Source of the DNA: an uncultured Bacteroidales bacterium
Lineage (GTDB): Bacteria; Bacteroidota; Bacteroidia; Bacteroidales; VadinHA17
Assembly (NCBI GenBank): GCA_963732115.1
Contig: CAVSYN010000005.1
Span: forward strand, 129,410 to 193,409
Length of the DNA stretch: 64,000 nt
Reading direction: 5' to 3'
Part shown: positions 51,826 to 64,000 of the stretch, one piece after another
Numbering within the stretch: position 1 is the stretch's first letter
How the letters are laid out: every line of letters starts with the position of its first letter
Program-made: the position numbers and the translations under genes
The notes under the pieces: model-generated
Seen by the model: only the letters and a program-made list of their open reading frames with translations
Database searches by the model: none
What the model was told of the DNA's origin: nothing

Positions 51826-51968
51826 CCCCCCAAAGGGGGGCTTTCTTTGAACCAGGGCTTTAGGGCTGGATTGGATTTTGGACTAAAGTCCAATAATACA
51901 GGATTATGTCAACCACGGCCTTAAGGCCGTGGTTGGATGATAACCATAGAATAAGGGCTTTAGCCCTT
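51826..51968. repeat. Cluster of short perfect palindromes with TTAA/TAAA/TTTA loops
   Basis: The palindromes are cccccc aaa gggggg (51826-51840), ttggac taaa gtccaa (51877-51892), caaccacggcc ttaa ggccgtggttg (51910-51935) and aagggc ttta gccctt (51953-51968). Confidence 0.65.
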
Positions 51969-52003
51969 AAATTTAGTTAAGTAGATTATATAAAAATTCA
52001 TTA

Positions 52004-52354
52004 ATGGGCCTTATTCAAATTGAAAATATGGAATTTTATGCTTTTCACGGGCATTTCAAGGAAGAGCAGATAGTAGGCAATAAATTCCTGGTTGACCTGA
52101 CCATTGAAACAGATATGCAGAAGCCCAGGGAAAGTGATAATCTGCGGGACGCTGTCAATTATCAGAAGGCATATCAGATTGTAAAGGATGAGATGGAAAA
52201 GAAATCACATCTCCTGGAACATATTGCAGGGCGGATTCTGGATGCATTGTATTCGGAGATGTCTGGGATAAAAAAAGCTACCATAAAAGTTTCCAAGATG
52301 AATCCTCCGATGGGAGGTAAGATAGGCTCAGTAAGCGTCATAATGGAAAGATGA
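52004..52354 (+). CDS. folB: Dihydroneopterin aldolase
   Basis: Intact 116-aa ORF. The N-terminal pattern IENMEFYAFHGHFKEEQIVGNKFLVDL and the length are typical of FolB. Confidence 0.8.
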   Translation: MGLIQIENMEFYAFHGHFKEEQIVGNKFLVDLTIETDMQKPRESDNLRDAVNYQKAYQIVKDEMEKKSHLLEHIAGRILDALYSEMSGIKKATIKVSKMNPPMGGKIGSVSVIMER

Positions 52355-52493
52355 AATAATTACATAGATGCCAATTTTCATCCTTTCTTCATAATATAAC
52401 AGATAACTTTGTGCTAATTAGGATAGTAATTAATAATTTTGTCATTATCAAAACGGCAGGGGAATTAATCAGTAACCGGGGCATAAAAAAATT

Positions 52494-52840
52494 ATGAGAA
52501 GATCAGGCAAAATAGCTCAATCCTGGTATTAATGGTGTTAACCGGGTATAATATGTCGGCTCAGGCTGATATGCCAGAGGCGGATACTCTGCAACAAAGT
52601 GTTCAAAAGGATCAGTCCGCCTCACAGAGGAAACGAACAAAAAACAAGTACTCAGGGAATATTCTCCAGAATAAAGGCAATGAAAATCAGGCAGTGAAGC
52701 GTGTTAAAGTCTGCTCGGCCTGACATGACCAAAGCCAGGGGAGCCCGTCCGCCATTAATTGTGAGACCATCCGGATCCGGTGTACCAAAGGGTGTTGGCA
52801 GGCCAGGCGGGGCAGGACAGAAAGCTGGGAAGGTAAACAA
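52494..52840 (+). CDS. Hypothetical secreted Arg/Pro/Gly-rich small protein, frameshifted
   Basis: The fragments MRRSGKIAQ.., LVLMVLTGYNMSAQA (signal-like) and ARPDMTKARGARPPLIVRPSGSGVPKGVGRPGGAGQKAGK lie in three frames. Confidence 0.3.
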
Positions 52841-52905
52841 AGAAGCGATCCGATGCTCCCGTTATCATCAATCTTACACTGAGGCTATTCGGCCTGTTAT
52901 TCATT

Positions 52906-53748
52906 TTGGCGTCATACTGGTTACCGGCCCAAACCCATCCTGATATTCCTTTGGTGAGGAATGACACTACAAAATCAAGATCTGGAGGTTTAAACCACTC
53001 ATTCTACGCGGGGACAGGCTACGGGAGCAACATGGTCTATCTCGGATCAACTATTTCCCAGGATCAGCCATATTGCTATGGTACACTGGCTTATGGTTTC
53101 AAAAACCAACTTTATGCATCTGCATCAGCTGTTCATCTCTCAGGTTACAGTCCCTTTATCTCATTTTACATCGGGGCATTGAATTACAATCACGTTTTTA
53201 ACTCGTGGTTTGATATTTCAGCCGGGGCCTACAGGTACCAGGTTGCTCCGTCACTTACGGACACTCTGTTCCACAGCTTTTCTTACGGAGATATTACCCT
53301 TGGATTCGACTGGAAGCTGATCTATTCAAAGGTCTCGGTTGGGGGACTTCTATCGGATGAAAATCAAATCTATTTTCAGCTAAAGAACTCAAGATATTTC
53401 CAGACACCCGAATTCTTTAATGGCAAAGCCAATGTTTCTTTAGATCCCTATTTCAATCTATTGTTCGGAACAATCGTTGAAGTCAGAACCACCACTGAGA
53501 CCACAGTTGTGGTTTCATCCCCGGGCCGCAAATGGAAAAATAAGAAATATGGGACAACTACATATACATCATATTCAAAGAAGTTCGGCCTAATGGAGAT
53601 TGACTTCGGCATTCCTGTTTCATACAACACCGATAATATGACTGTTGAAGCTGAGCTTGACTATTTTCTTCCGGTTTTTAAAGACCCTGATATTCATGGC
53701 CCAAAGGGTTTTGTTTTCATGCTGAGCGGAATTTTCAGGATTTTCTAA
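52906..53748 (+). CDS. Hypothetical outer-membrane beta-barrel-like protein
   Basis: The 280-aa ORF has alternating aromatic/hydrophobic strands and a C-terminal F (GIFRIF). The signal-like LRLFGLLFILASYWLPAQ extends upstream to about 52837 without an ATG. Confidence 0.4.
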   Translation: MASYWLPAQTHPDIPLVRNDTTKSRSGGLNHSFYAGTGYGSNMVYLGSTISQDQPYCYGTLAYGFKNQLYASASAVHLSGYSPFISFYIGALNYNHVFNSWFDISAGAYRYQVAPSLTDTLFHSFSYGDITLGFDWKLIYSKVSVGGLLSDENQIYFQLKNSRYFQTPEFFNGKANVSLDPYFNLLFGTIVEVRTTTETTVVVSSPGRKWKNKKYGTTTYTSYSKKFGLMEIDFGIPVSYNTDNMTVEAELDYFLPVFKDPDIHGPKGFVFMLSGIFRIF

Positions 53749-53758
53749 TTTTGCAGCA

Positions 53759-54460
53759 ATGAATGTGTTGATTGTTGAGGACGAAATAAGTCTTGCAAAT
53801 GAAATTGCTTTGTTCCTGAAATCGGAGAATTTCCTTTGTGATCTTGCCTTTACTGGCAGGGAAGCTTCAGAGAAGATCGCTGTGAACCTGTATGATTTTG
53901 TTTTGCTCGATCTGGGCTTGCCGGATTACAATGGCCTTGATCTTATCAGGGAAGCAAAACGTGCCGGCAACGATGCCTCCTTTATCATAATCACTGCACG
54001 CGGGGCTGTGGAAGACAAAGTAAAAGGGCTTGATCTTGGTGCAGATGATTATCTTGCAAAGCCTTTTGCGCTGATTGAGCTCCTTTCACGGATAAATGCG
54101 GTTGCAAGGAGGAAGTTCAATATCGGCAACCAGGATATTAAGCTGGGCGACTTTGTCATGCAGGTGCAGTACCGGAAGCTGATTTGCAATGAGGAGGAAG
54201 TTGATCTTACAAAAAAGGAATATGACCTGTTGCAGTATCTTGTTCTGAATCATGATAAGGTACTTACACGGCAGCAGCTTTATGAACATATCTGGGGGAA
54301 TATTCTTGATGATCAGTATGATAGTAATTTTATAGACGTTCATATCAAGAATTTACGGAAGAAGCTTAATTACTATGCCCCGTCTCCATGGCTGGAAACG
54401 GTAAGAGGGGTTGGATACAGGGCAGCTCCTGAAAGACCAAAAAACAACACCCCAGCATGA
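53759..54460 (+). CDS. OmpR-family response regulator
   Basis: The receiver domain (VLIVEDE...DFVLLDLGLPD...KPF) is followed by a winged-helix output domain (LTKKEYDLLQYLVLN...VRGVGYR). Confidence 0.9.
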   Translation: MNVLIVEDEISLANEIALFLKSENFLCDLAFTGREASEKIAVNLYDFVLLDLGLPDYNGLDLIREAKRAGNDASFIIITARGAVEDKVKGLDLGADDYLAKPFALIELLSRINAVARRKFNIGNQDIKLGDFVMQVQYRKLICNEEEVDLTKKEYDLLQYLVLNHDKVLTRQQLYEHIWGNILDDQYDSNFIDVHIKNLRKKLNYYAPSPWLETVRGVGYRAAPERPKNNTPA

Positions 54461-55779
54461 TCCGGTTAAAAACAAGACTTGCGTTATTCAACCTGCTATC
54501 AAAGCTGGCCGTTACCTTATTATTCATTGTTTTTCTGCCCTGGGTAATAGAGCGGATCAATCTGAGGCAGGTGGACAGTGACCTTGTCCGAAAGCGTGAA
54601 CAACTAATTAACCTGATAAGCAGGATAGGTATCGAACCGTTCAACTCATCGGACACAACAGTCGCCTTCGGAAGTTATAATATACTCAAGGAAGAATTTA
54701 TAAGTCTCGAAAAGACAATCCTGTATGAAGATCTGAATGACATCGAAGTGTCCGACAGAATGATTGAAGATGAAGAAATCTCTTACCGTGTTTTGAATTA
54801 TACAATAACGGTCGATGGCCAGAAATATCTTCTTGAAATCGGCAGAAGCCTGAAGAGTATTCAATCGTCACAAAGAAATATTTACAGGGTAATCCTGTTA
54901 TTTTTAATCCTAATTATACTGATCACATTTGTCACCGATCTCCAGTATAACCGTTTTCTGTTACGACCTCTAGGAAAGATTACAGAGAAGCTAAAGAGTA
55001 TATCTGATCCTTCTTCTTTTGACAGGACCCCCGTCAGAACTACAACTTCTGATTTTTACAGGCTCGATAAAGCTCTGACAGAACTGATGAAAAATATCGG
55101 TGAACTGTTTGAAAAAGAAAAAGAGATTACTGATAATGTATCCCATGAGCTTCTGACACCTGTTTCGGTTCTCAGAAGCAAGCTTGAGAATCTTCTATTA
55201 AAAGATGATGTCGATCCGGAAATCTCCGGGAAAATTGAGGAGTCACTTAAAACACTGTACAGACTCCAAAGCCTGGTAAATTCATTATTGTTTATTGCCC
55301 GGATTGAAAGCAGGCAGTATTTAATGGAAGATACCTTTAATTCAAATGAAGTACTGAAGGAGGTTATCTGTGAAATCAAACCAATTGCTGAGGATAAGGG
55401 AGTAATAATAAATGAAGAAATGGATCAGGACTATCAGTTAAAGGCTGCTAACAGGTCCCTTATCTTTTCGATGTTCTCGAATGTAATAAACAACGCAGTG
55501 AAAAATACCTCACCCGGAGGTGATATGACCGTAAAAACCTATATTTCAGGCCATTATTTCAATGTGACTATATCCGATAATGGAAAGGGAATGTCGAAAG
55601 AGCAGATTGATAAACTTTTTTCGCGGTTCAAAACCAAAGTGAGCTCTCAGGAGGATGGAACAGGGATCGGCCTGGCGATAGCCAAAACGATAGCTGATTT
55701 TCATAAGATAGTTGTATCTGTTACTTCTGAAAAAGAAAAGGGAACATCATTTTCCTTCATCTTCCCTGAAAATTCATGA
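54457..55779 (+). CDS. Sensor histidine kinase
   Basis: It has two TM segments, an H-box (SHELLTPVSVL), an N-box (NAVKNT) and a G-box (GTGIGLAIAK). It overlaps the regulator gene by 4 nt. Confidence 0.9.
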   Translation: MIRLKTRLALFNLLSKLAVTLLFIVFLPWVIERINLRQVDSDLVRKREQLINLISRIGIEPFNSSDTTVAFGSYNILKEEFISLEKTILYEDLNDIEVSDRMIEDEEISYRVLNYTITVDGQKYLLEIGRSLKSIQSSQRNIYRVILLFLILIILITFVTDLQYNRFLLRPLGKITEKLKSISDPSSFDRTPVRTTTSDFYRLDKALTELMKNIGELFEKEKEITDNVSHELLTPVSVLRSKLENLLLKDDVDPEISGKIEESLKTLYRLQSLVNSLLFIARIESRQYLMEDTFNSNEVLKEVICEIKPIAEDKGVIINEEMDQDYQLKAANRSLIFSMFSNVINNAVKNTSPGGDMTVKTYISGHYFNVTISDNGKGMSKEQIDKLFSRFKTKVSSQEDGTGIGLAIAKTIADFHKIVVSVTSEKEKGTSFSFIFPENS

Positions 55780-55841
55780 AAAATTCATCTCTGCAGTTTT
55801 ACATTTGATCCTGTCCAATTAAGTAATTAAAACAGAATCGT

Positions 55842-56670
55842 ATGAAAAAGCTATTATTTCCATTTTTTACAGCAATGTTAGCCATAATGTTATCAGGCTG
55901 TACAAAATCTACTGATGGACCAGGACGATTGGTAGTTAAAGTGACGGATGCACCGTTCCCAATAAATATGGTGGAATCAGCTACTGTCACTATAACAAAG
56001 GTTGAGTTAAGGAAAGAAGGGGATGGTGAAAGTGACGGAAGTCAGTTTCTAACTGTTTGGGAAGGCAGTGAAGCGTTTAACCTGCTTGAGCTCAGAAACG
56101 GGCTTGTTGAACAACTTTTGGATGTTGTAATACCACAGGGCAGCTTTGATCTTGTACGGCTATATGTAGATCAGGCCGGTCTTAAAATCAAGGATGGCGG
56201 TGATTATGAAGTCAAGATTCCAAGTGGTCCTCAGACTGGCATAAAAATATTTATTGATCCAGTATTGGTTGTTGAAGGTGGTCTGACCTCAGAATTATTG
56301 CTGGATTTTGATCTTTCAAAGTCATTTGTGATGAGAGGTAATACTGACAGCCCTGCAGGGATATCTGGATTTATTTTTAAACCTGTCATAAGGGCAGTAA
56401 ATAATAGTACAGCAGGTAGTCTTTCAGGAACAGTTACTGACAGCGAGAAAGCTGTTATTGCCGGAACTGCAATATCAGTAAAGCAGGAAGATAAGGAGGT
56501 TGGGACTGCTACAACTGATGACAATGGACACTACACTATAATTGGATTGCCTTCGGGAACATATACATGTAACTGCCACAAAAGAGAATTATCAAGTAGC
56601 TACAAGAAATGATGTAAAGATTGTTGCCGGTAACCAGACAACCTTAGACTTTGTTTTGGCAAAAATATAA
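55842..56670 (+). CDS. DUF4382-like lipoprotein with C-terminal carboxypeptidase-regulatory-like domain, frameshift near 56570
   Basis: It has a lipobox (MLSGCTKS) and the motifs VKVTDAPF...VTITKVELR and GTVTDSEKAVIAGTAISV...TDDNGHYTIIGLPSGTYT. The tail VTATKENYQVATRNDVKIVAGNQTTLDFVLAKI* is in a shifted frame. Confidence 0.6.
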
Positions 56671-56694
56671 CACTTGTTAATCAGTTTTTATTTG

Positions 56695-56721
56695 AAACCC
56701 GCCGATGAGGCGGGTTTTTTT
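56695..56721 (+). terminator. Rho-independent terminator
   Basis: aaacccgcc gatga ggcgggttt is followed by TTTT. Confidence 0.8.
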
Positions 56722-56793
56722 GCAAGATTTTGTTATTTTTGCACTCGAAATTATTGCACGCCTTCTCCGTTAAGTAGCGGATTCGGTGTACAC

Positions 56794-56864
56794 GGTCGGT
56801 TAACCGAGTGGCTAGGTAGCGGTCTGCAAAACCGTTTACGGCGGTTCGAATCCGCCACCGACCT
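56794..56864 (+). tRNA. tRNA-Cys (anticodon GCA)
   Basis: I folded the cloverleaf by hand. The stems are acceptor GGTCGGT/ACCGACC, anticodon GCGGT/ACCGT and T GGCGG/CCGCC. The anticodon loop is CTGCAAA, the T loop TTCGAAT and the discriminator U. A TATTTTTG motif at 56734-56741 fits the Bacteroidota -7 promoter element. Confidence 0.9.
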
Positions 56865-56879
56865 CATAATCAAAACAAA

Positions 56880-56910
56880 AGTTCCTGTAAATCAGGAGCT
56901 TTTTATTTTT
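56880..56910. terminator. Hairpin terminator between tRNA-Cys and the convergent DUF4256 gene
   Basis: agttcctg taaat caggagct has T-runs on both strands. Confidence 0.6.
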
Positions 56911-56935
56911 GTGGTGGCATATTTGGTGGCAAAAT

Positions 56936-57508
56936 TTAGACCCATAGCGAGCCGCGGAACCCCCTGACGCCATAGTAAGATTCTGCACCATTGTGATACA
57001 CGAAGACATGGTCATAGCGACGATCACAAAAGAGTGCACCGCCAAGTTTTCTAATCTCAGCAGGTGTCTTCACCCAGCTCGATGTTTTCGTATCGAAATT
57101 TCCAAGTTTCTGCAACTCTCGATATTGTTCTTCCGTTAAAAGTTCAATGCCCATGGCAGCTGCCATATCTATAGCGTTATTTTCTGGTTTATGTTCTTTC
57201 CTTGATTCCAGCCCTTCGCGGTCGTAACATACACTTCTGCGGCCTTTAGGACTTTCCGCTGAACAATCATAAAAAATGTATTCGCCCGTCTTTTTATCAT
57301 GACCAACAACATCCGGTTCACCGCCAGTTCTTTCCATTTCATTGAGTGACCACAGTTTTTCAGTATTAGCTTCCAGCTTTGCTTGTACTTTAGCCCATTC
57401 AAGACCTTTATGGCGGTTCATGTTTTTCTCAAAACGGGCTTTCAATGCTCTGAGTAGTTCTTCACGTTGTTCTGGTGACAACTCCTTTTTTGTTTCAACG
57501 TTTGACAT
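56936..57508 (-). CDS. DUF4256-domain protein
   Basis: Intact 190-aa ORF. The strongly conserved text (LKARFEKNMNRHKGLEW...ERTGGEPDVVG...SPKGRRS.CYD) is as I recall it for DUF4256. Confidence 0.65.
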   Translation of the reverse strand: MSNVETKKELSPEQREELLRALKARFEKNMNRHKGLEWAKVQAKLEANTEKLWSLNEMERTGGEPDVVGHDKKTGEYIFYDCSAESPKGRRSVCYDREGLESRKEHKPENNAIDMAAAMGIELLTEEQYRELQKLGNFDTKTSSWVKTPAEIRKLGGALFCDRRYDHVFVYHNGAESYYGVRGFRGSLWV

Positions 57509-57876
57509 AGTTTTTATGTTAAGAAAACAAGCAGTTCATTTTTATTTAACAATACTTTTGTATTAAGTCATTATTCAACTTAGCATTCATAGTACTTGTG
57601 GAATCTTATGTTATTCTATTTAACAATGAAGCTGGTTCTATGTTCAAACTTTAAAACTTTCTAATGTGCTGGATGCCTTACTTAATGCTAACAGCCCTGC
57701 AATAGGGCCGAGCCCGCTTACCGGTAGGCAGGCAAGACAGGAAAGCAAAAACCGTGACTACCTGCCCCGCTTCAGCGGGGAGCCTATTAATTTAATTTTC
57801 CGTGTTATGCTCAGGCTTTTATTAATCAATCTGAAAACTGCAGTTGTCAAGTTATCCTCTATCTCTGGAGGGAAAA

Positions 57877-58758
57877 TTAATCTGTTAGAAACTCAGATAT
57901 CATTTCTAAAACATTTTTGTTTTTTTCAGAAGACAGAATACACATATGTCCACTTCCTTTCATCAGATGTGTTTTTATATCAGGAATAATTGTTTTGGCC
58001 CTGGCAATTACTTTCTCTCCAGGAAATATAACATCTTTTTCTCCTGTGATTAAAAAGGTTGGGGCAGTATAATTCTTCATATCAGTTACTTTAACATTAC
58101 TTGGCATACCTGCCTTAACGCACACATTATTAAAAGCGCATTTAACCATTTCAAAGGTACTTTCATCAATCTCGCTTTCATCAAGTGCCATAGGCAGAAT
58201 AGCCTTTTTTAACCATTTCCCATTTTTAGTAATTCTATATAAAATCATCGGGATTCCCATACTAATCATTATGCTTGCATTTGAAGCATTGCATATTCCT
58301 GATGGGACAAGCAAAATGGCTTTGGAAATCTTTTGAGGTGCAACACACATTAGCTTCATTAATACTCCACCACCGTAAGAACCACCCACACAAATCATTT
58401 GTTTAAATCCCAATCCATCAATTACATCAGATGCCCATTTCCCATACTCTAAGTTTTTGGCAGATAAAACAGTCTGAGCGCTTTTCCCAGGGTGTCCCAT
58501 TATATCTGCAGCATATATCAAATACTTATTTCTGAAACAAAGGAAATCTCTTAAATAATATGGTGCAGTGCTGTTCCCTCCATGAAAAAGCAAAATGGGC
58601 TTTCCGTTTGGATTACCAGTTTTAAGCAAATGGGTTTTTCCAAATCTTGTATCTACATAAATATCTTCAAAATCTATATTTAGTGCTGAGACTTGCTTCT
58701 CATACAAGTCTAGCATTATTTTCTTACTTTTTGCATTTTTATAAACAGCCTTGCTCAT
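57877..58758 (-). CDS. Alpha/beta hydrolase
   Basis: It has the nucleophile-elbow context (VGGSYGGG), HGGNS after strand 3 and a C-terminal GSGHM. The likely start is MSKAVYKN; the longest ORF reaches 58845. Confidence 0.7.
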   Translation of the reverse strand: MSKAVYKNAKSKKIMLDLYEKQVSALNIDFEDIYVDTRFGKTHLLKTGNPNGKPILLFHGGNSTAPYYLRDFLCFRNKYLIYAADIMGHPGKSAQTVLSAKNLEYGKWASDVIDGLGFKQMICVGGSYGGGVLMKLMCVAPQKISKAILLVPSGICNASNASIMISMGIPMILYRITKNGKWLKKAILPMALDESEIDESTFEMVKCAFNNVCVKAGMPSNVKVTDMKNYTAPTFLITGEKDVIFPGEKVIARAKTIIPDIKTHLMKGSGHMCILSSEKNKNVLEMISEFLTD

Positions 58759-58888
58759 ATTAAAACCTCCAATTATGTAGATAATTATTCTGTAAGTTAA
58801 TAAGTAATTCTTATCAAGTTGTAATAAATGTGCCTTACAGATCAACCATTTTTAGCCAAATAGTCTTATTCCAAATTTACAGTTGCAT

Positions 58889-60486
58889 TCAATGATTCTG
58901 AGAATCTTGTTGCTTTTCTTCAGCTTTTAATGGTGTATTCATCCAAAATCTTCCTGAATTGTCAGAGATGGAAATACAGTTCTGTTCAAGGGGCATAGAC
59001 TGTATAAAACAATTATTCTGAAATTCCAGTGGCTTATTATATTCCTGCACAAAAAGTTCCCTGAACTGACGAAATTCAAGATCTCTTCGTTTGTTAAGGA
59101 TATTGCCATTAATGTCTTTCAGGTTTTTAATATTTAATTGACAGGAATCAATTTCCTTCGCTGTGAATTTGTCATCTCTCACGGTTATGTACAAGTTGGG
59201 GCCGTCAACTTTAATCCTTGTGATCTTCGCTTTTCTTTTGCCGATGGTCATGTCGTAATTTTCCATTCTGCCTCCCGAAACAGGATCGATCTTCCTGTTG
59301 AAATAAGCTATAATATGTCATATCGGTGAAGGGATAATCAGCATAAGGGCCACCAGCTTGCCTCCATTCTGATTCTCACAATTTTAAAGAAATCATTGTC
59401 ACTCGAATCAGGTATAATGAATGAATTATTGAAAGATATGTATTTAAGACACATCCTGGAATTAACTGCCGGCTCATGCCCATATTCAATCTCAATATTG
59501 AAAATCTCCTTGTTCTTTTTTTCTGAATTTAAAAATGAAGCGGAATACTCAAGTTTGTGTATCGAATAATCATCGGGCTGAATGAATATTGCACCTTTCA
59601 TCTGGATGTATATCACCTGTGATCTGTCGTTTTGCGGTGAAGTCGATCTTATATAATAATGTACTTCCATCATAAATTCCGATTGGACGTTGAAAACCAG
59701 TGATTTCTGATAAAATCCTGCGTCAGAGTATCAACAAATGAAAATGATCTTTTATCGAAATTTCTGATTGCATCGTGAACCAGCAATATAAAAAGCTCAT
59801 TGCCGTATTGATCACCAACCATTGCATGGGGTATTCTTTTAAATGACATCATCAGAATGATCCGTTTCCGGAAGATCATAATACGGAGTTATATTTATCC
59901 GTGTGAAATCCATATTCTTTTTGAAATCGAGCAATCTGTACCTGTTTGAATCTGATGGATAGGCAAAGCCCTTATCCAGAGTCTGGATGATCGCCTCGTT
60001 CAGGTTAAGATAATTACTGCTGTCCTTCTGATAATCCCGGTAATAGGATACATAACTGAACGGTATAGCCGGATTATTTTTCTTAATATTTCTGAGCGCC
60101 CTGGCTATTATAATTTCCGGGCTGAGTCTTCTTTTTCTGGCAGTTACCCTGACCTCATTCAGAACATAGATATTGGGTACAAGCTTAAGATTGTTCATTC
60201 CAGATGTTTTTAGAACACTAAAAGCCACTGAAAGCCTGTGAAATCCGATACAGGACACGATCAGGCTGTCGGATTGAAATCCGGGATTGTTTAATATTCT
60301 GAAATCACCTTCAGCATTTGAAATAGACCCCAACCTGAGAGTTTTTAAGATGTACTGTCGCGTATGGTACAGGTTCGGATGTTTTAGAATCAATCACTTT
60401 CCCTCTGATATAATCAGGCTGCTGGCAATAAATTACAGGATGATTAATCGAGAATAGTAAACCAATAAAGATTAAGTGTCGTATCA
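58889..60486 (-). CDS. Carboxypeptidase-regulatory-like domain protein, four to five frameshifts
   Basis: MIRHLIFIGLLFSINH...IRGKVIDSKTSEPVPYATVHLKNSQVG at 60486 is a CarboxypepD_reg-type start. It continues through the fragments 59839..60393, 59670..59879, 59338..59673 and probably 58889..59266. Confidence 0.45.
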
Positions 60487-60525
60487 TCTCTTTTCAATTA
60501 AAGTTTATTTACTTTATTGTCAGAG

Positions 60526-60981
60526 TTAGCGGCTGGCATTTTTACTCGTGTTTGGCAATATTTCCCAATTTTCAATATCTCCATTGACTAGAATAAAAAG
60601 AGGATGAATGTCAAAAGTTGATCTTGATTTGAGTTCTTTGTATTTATTTATATCTCTGGTTTTAAGCTTAATTAATAGATGCTTTGCTTCATAATTTAAT
60701 TGTCCAGCTGTAACCGGTAACTTACTTTTTTTAAAAGACCAATTAATTTTTTGTTTGTCGAAATTGTAATTTCTCCTCACTGATTCTAAATATATTTCAG
60801 ATAGGTATTGATTTATTGCTTCAAGAGGTCTTTTTGCTACTTTGAACCGGTTGAGTTGGGGATGATTCTTGTAACCAACAGTTTTTCCCTGCAATACATT
60901 TCTTGCTAAAAGTGTTTCTCTCCACAAACCAACCAGGCCCTTTGCATCAAGGTATTTTGGGTGAAGTGACCAGATTCTCAT
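60526..60981 (-). CDS. Pyrimidine dimer DNA glycosylase / endonuclease V-like protein
   Basis: The N-terminus MRIWSLHPKYLDAKGLVGLWRE.LLA..VL.GKT.GY.NHPQL.RF is characteristic of this family. The ORF is intact at 151 aa. Confidence 0.7.
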   Translation of the reverse strand: MRIWSLHPKYLDAKGLVGLWRETLLARNVLQGKTVGYKNHPQLNRFKVAKRPLEAINQYLSEIYLESVRRNYNFDKQKINWSFKKSKLPVTAGQLNYEAKHLLIKLKTRDINKYKELKSRSTFDIHPLFILVNGDIENWEILPNTSKNASR

Positions 60982-61183
60982 TTTATATCTCTACAAATGT
61001 TGTCAAAGTTGTTTATTTCTAATTGTCAATCTAGAATTAGCAATTTGAGCCGCTGTTACCGGCCGGCATTCTTACTTTGTTTTGTTTGGCCATGCTGTGG
61101 CAAATTATGAATTATAGCAATAGCTTTTTACTTATAGACTAATTCGCAAATATCTAAGTTTATTTTATATTGCCTTCCCCTGT

Positions 61184-63820
<2,637 letters not shown>

Positions 63821-63840
63821 TTATTTGATCTGCAATTTCT

Positions 63841-63969
63841 TTAGGTCGGGTCACCATTGCCATAAGCAAAAATTGTAATTGTCATTGAGAAAAGACTCAA
63901 TAGTCCAACAATACTTGCAATAATAATTGCCAGTCGTAATTTTTTTAATTTGTCGGTTTGTTCTTGCAT
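63841..63969 (-). CDS. Possible 42-aa membrane peptide
   Basis: MQEQTDKLKKLRLAIIIASIVGLLSLFSMTITIFAYGNGDPT* has a single TM helix. There is no other support. Confidence 0.2.
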   Translation of the reverse strand: MQEQTDKLKKLRLAIIIASIVGLLSLFSMTITIFAYGNGDPT

Positions 63970-64000
63970 TGTCAGTCGTTCTCTATGCTTGCCGGTAACG

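Overview
This 64-kb window looks like a Bacteroidota chromosome. The evidence is a SusC/SusD pair, a T9SS C-terminal sorting domain, TonB-dependent receptors with carboxypeptidase-like N-termini, and TAnnTTTG-like promoter motifs. I found no transposase, integrase, CRISPR array, phage gene or recognisable defence gene.

Gene content:
- Housekeeping genes: nrdJ, tdh-kbl, gltX, tcdA, carB, glnS, folB, tRNA-Gln(CUG) and tRNA-Cys(GCA).
- A compact beta-glucan polysaccharide utilisation locus (PUL), about 27.2-40.0 kb: GH16 with a Calx-beta-like region, then SusC and SusD. Two tandem membrane-anchored TPR paralogs follow susD directly. A membrane-tethered AraC-TPR regulator lies next to the locus.
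- Two TAT-exported enzymes (a Gfo/Idh/MocA oxidoreductase and a xylose-isomerase-like TIM barrel), each preceded by a copy of a ~220-bp structured repeat.
- A locus with a T9SS-secreted CotH protein, a DUF4956 protein and a YjiK-like protein.
- An OmpR/histidine-kinase two-component locus.
- A block after tRNA-Cys that looks lower in GC and ends in a rifampin-phosphotransferase-like PEP-synthase homolog.

Two window-wide properties stand out:
1. About 20 genes are broken by frameshifts, including the essential gltX and glnS. The breaks are patchy: nearly every gene from 6.1 to 15.8 kb is hit, but only one from 15.9 to 37.3 kb. Uneven consensus quality explains this better than decay, although real pseudogenisation cannot be excluded from the sequence alone.
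2. The intergenic DNA holds several sequence-distinct families of GC-rich palindromic or REP-like elements, including the 220-bp repeat whose terminal hairpin shows compensatory changes between copies.

The best candidates for something undescribed are the sensor-like TPR paralog trio in the PUL and the 220-bp repeat family ending in GGGGGAGGTGGTTGGCTTTTT. All functional calls rest on my recognition of conserved motifs in the translated ORFs. No database search was run.
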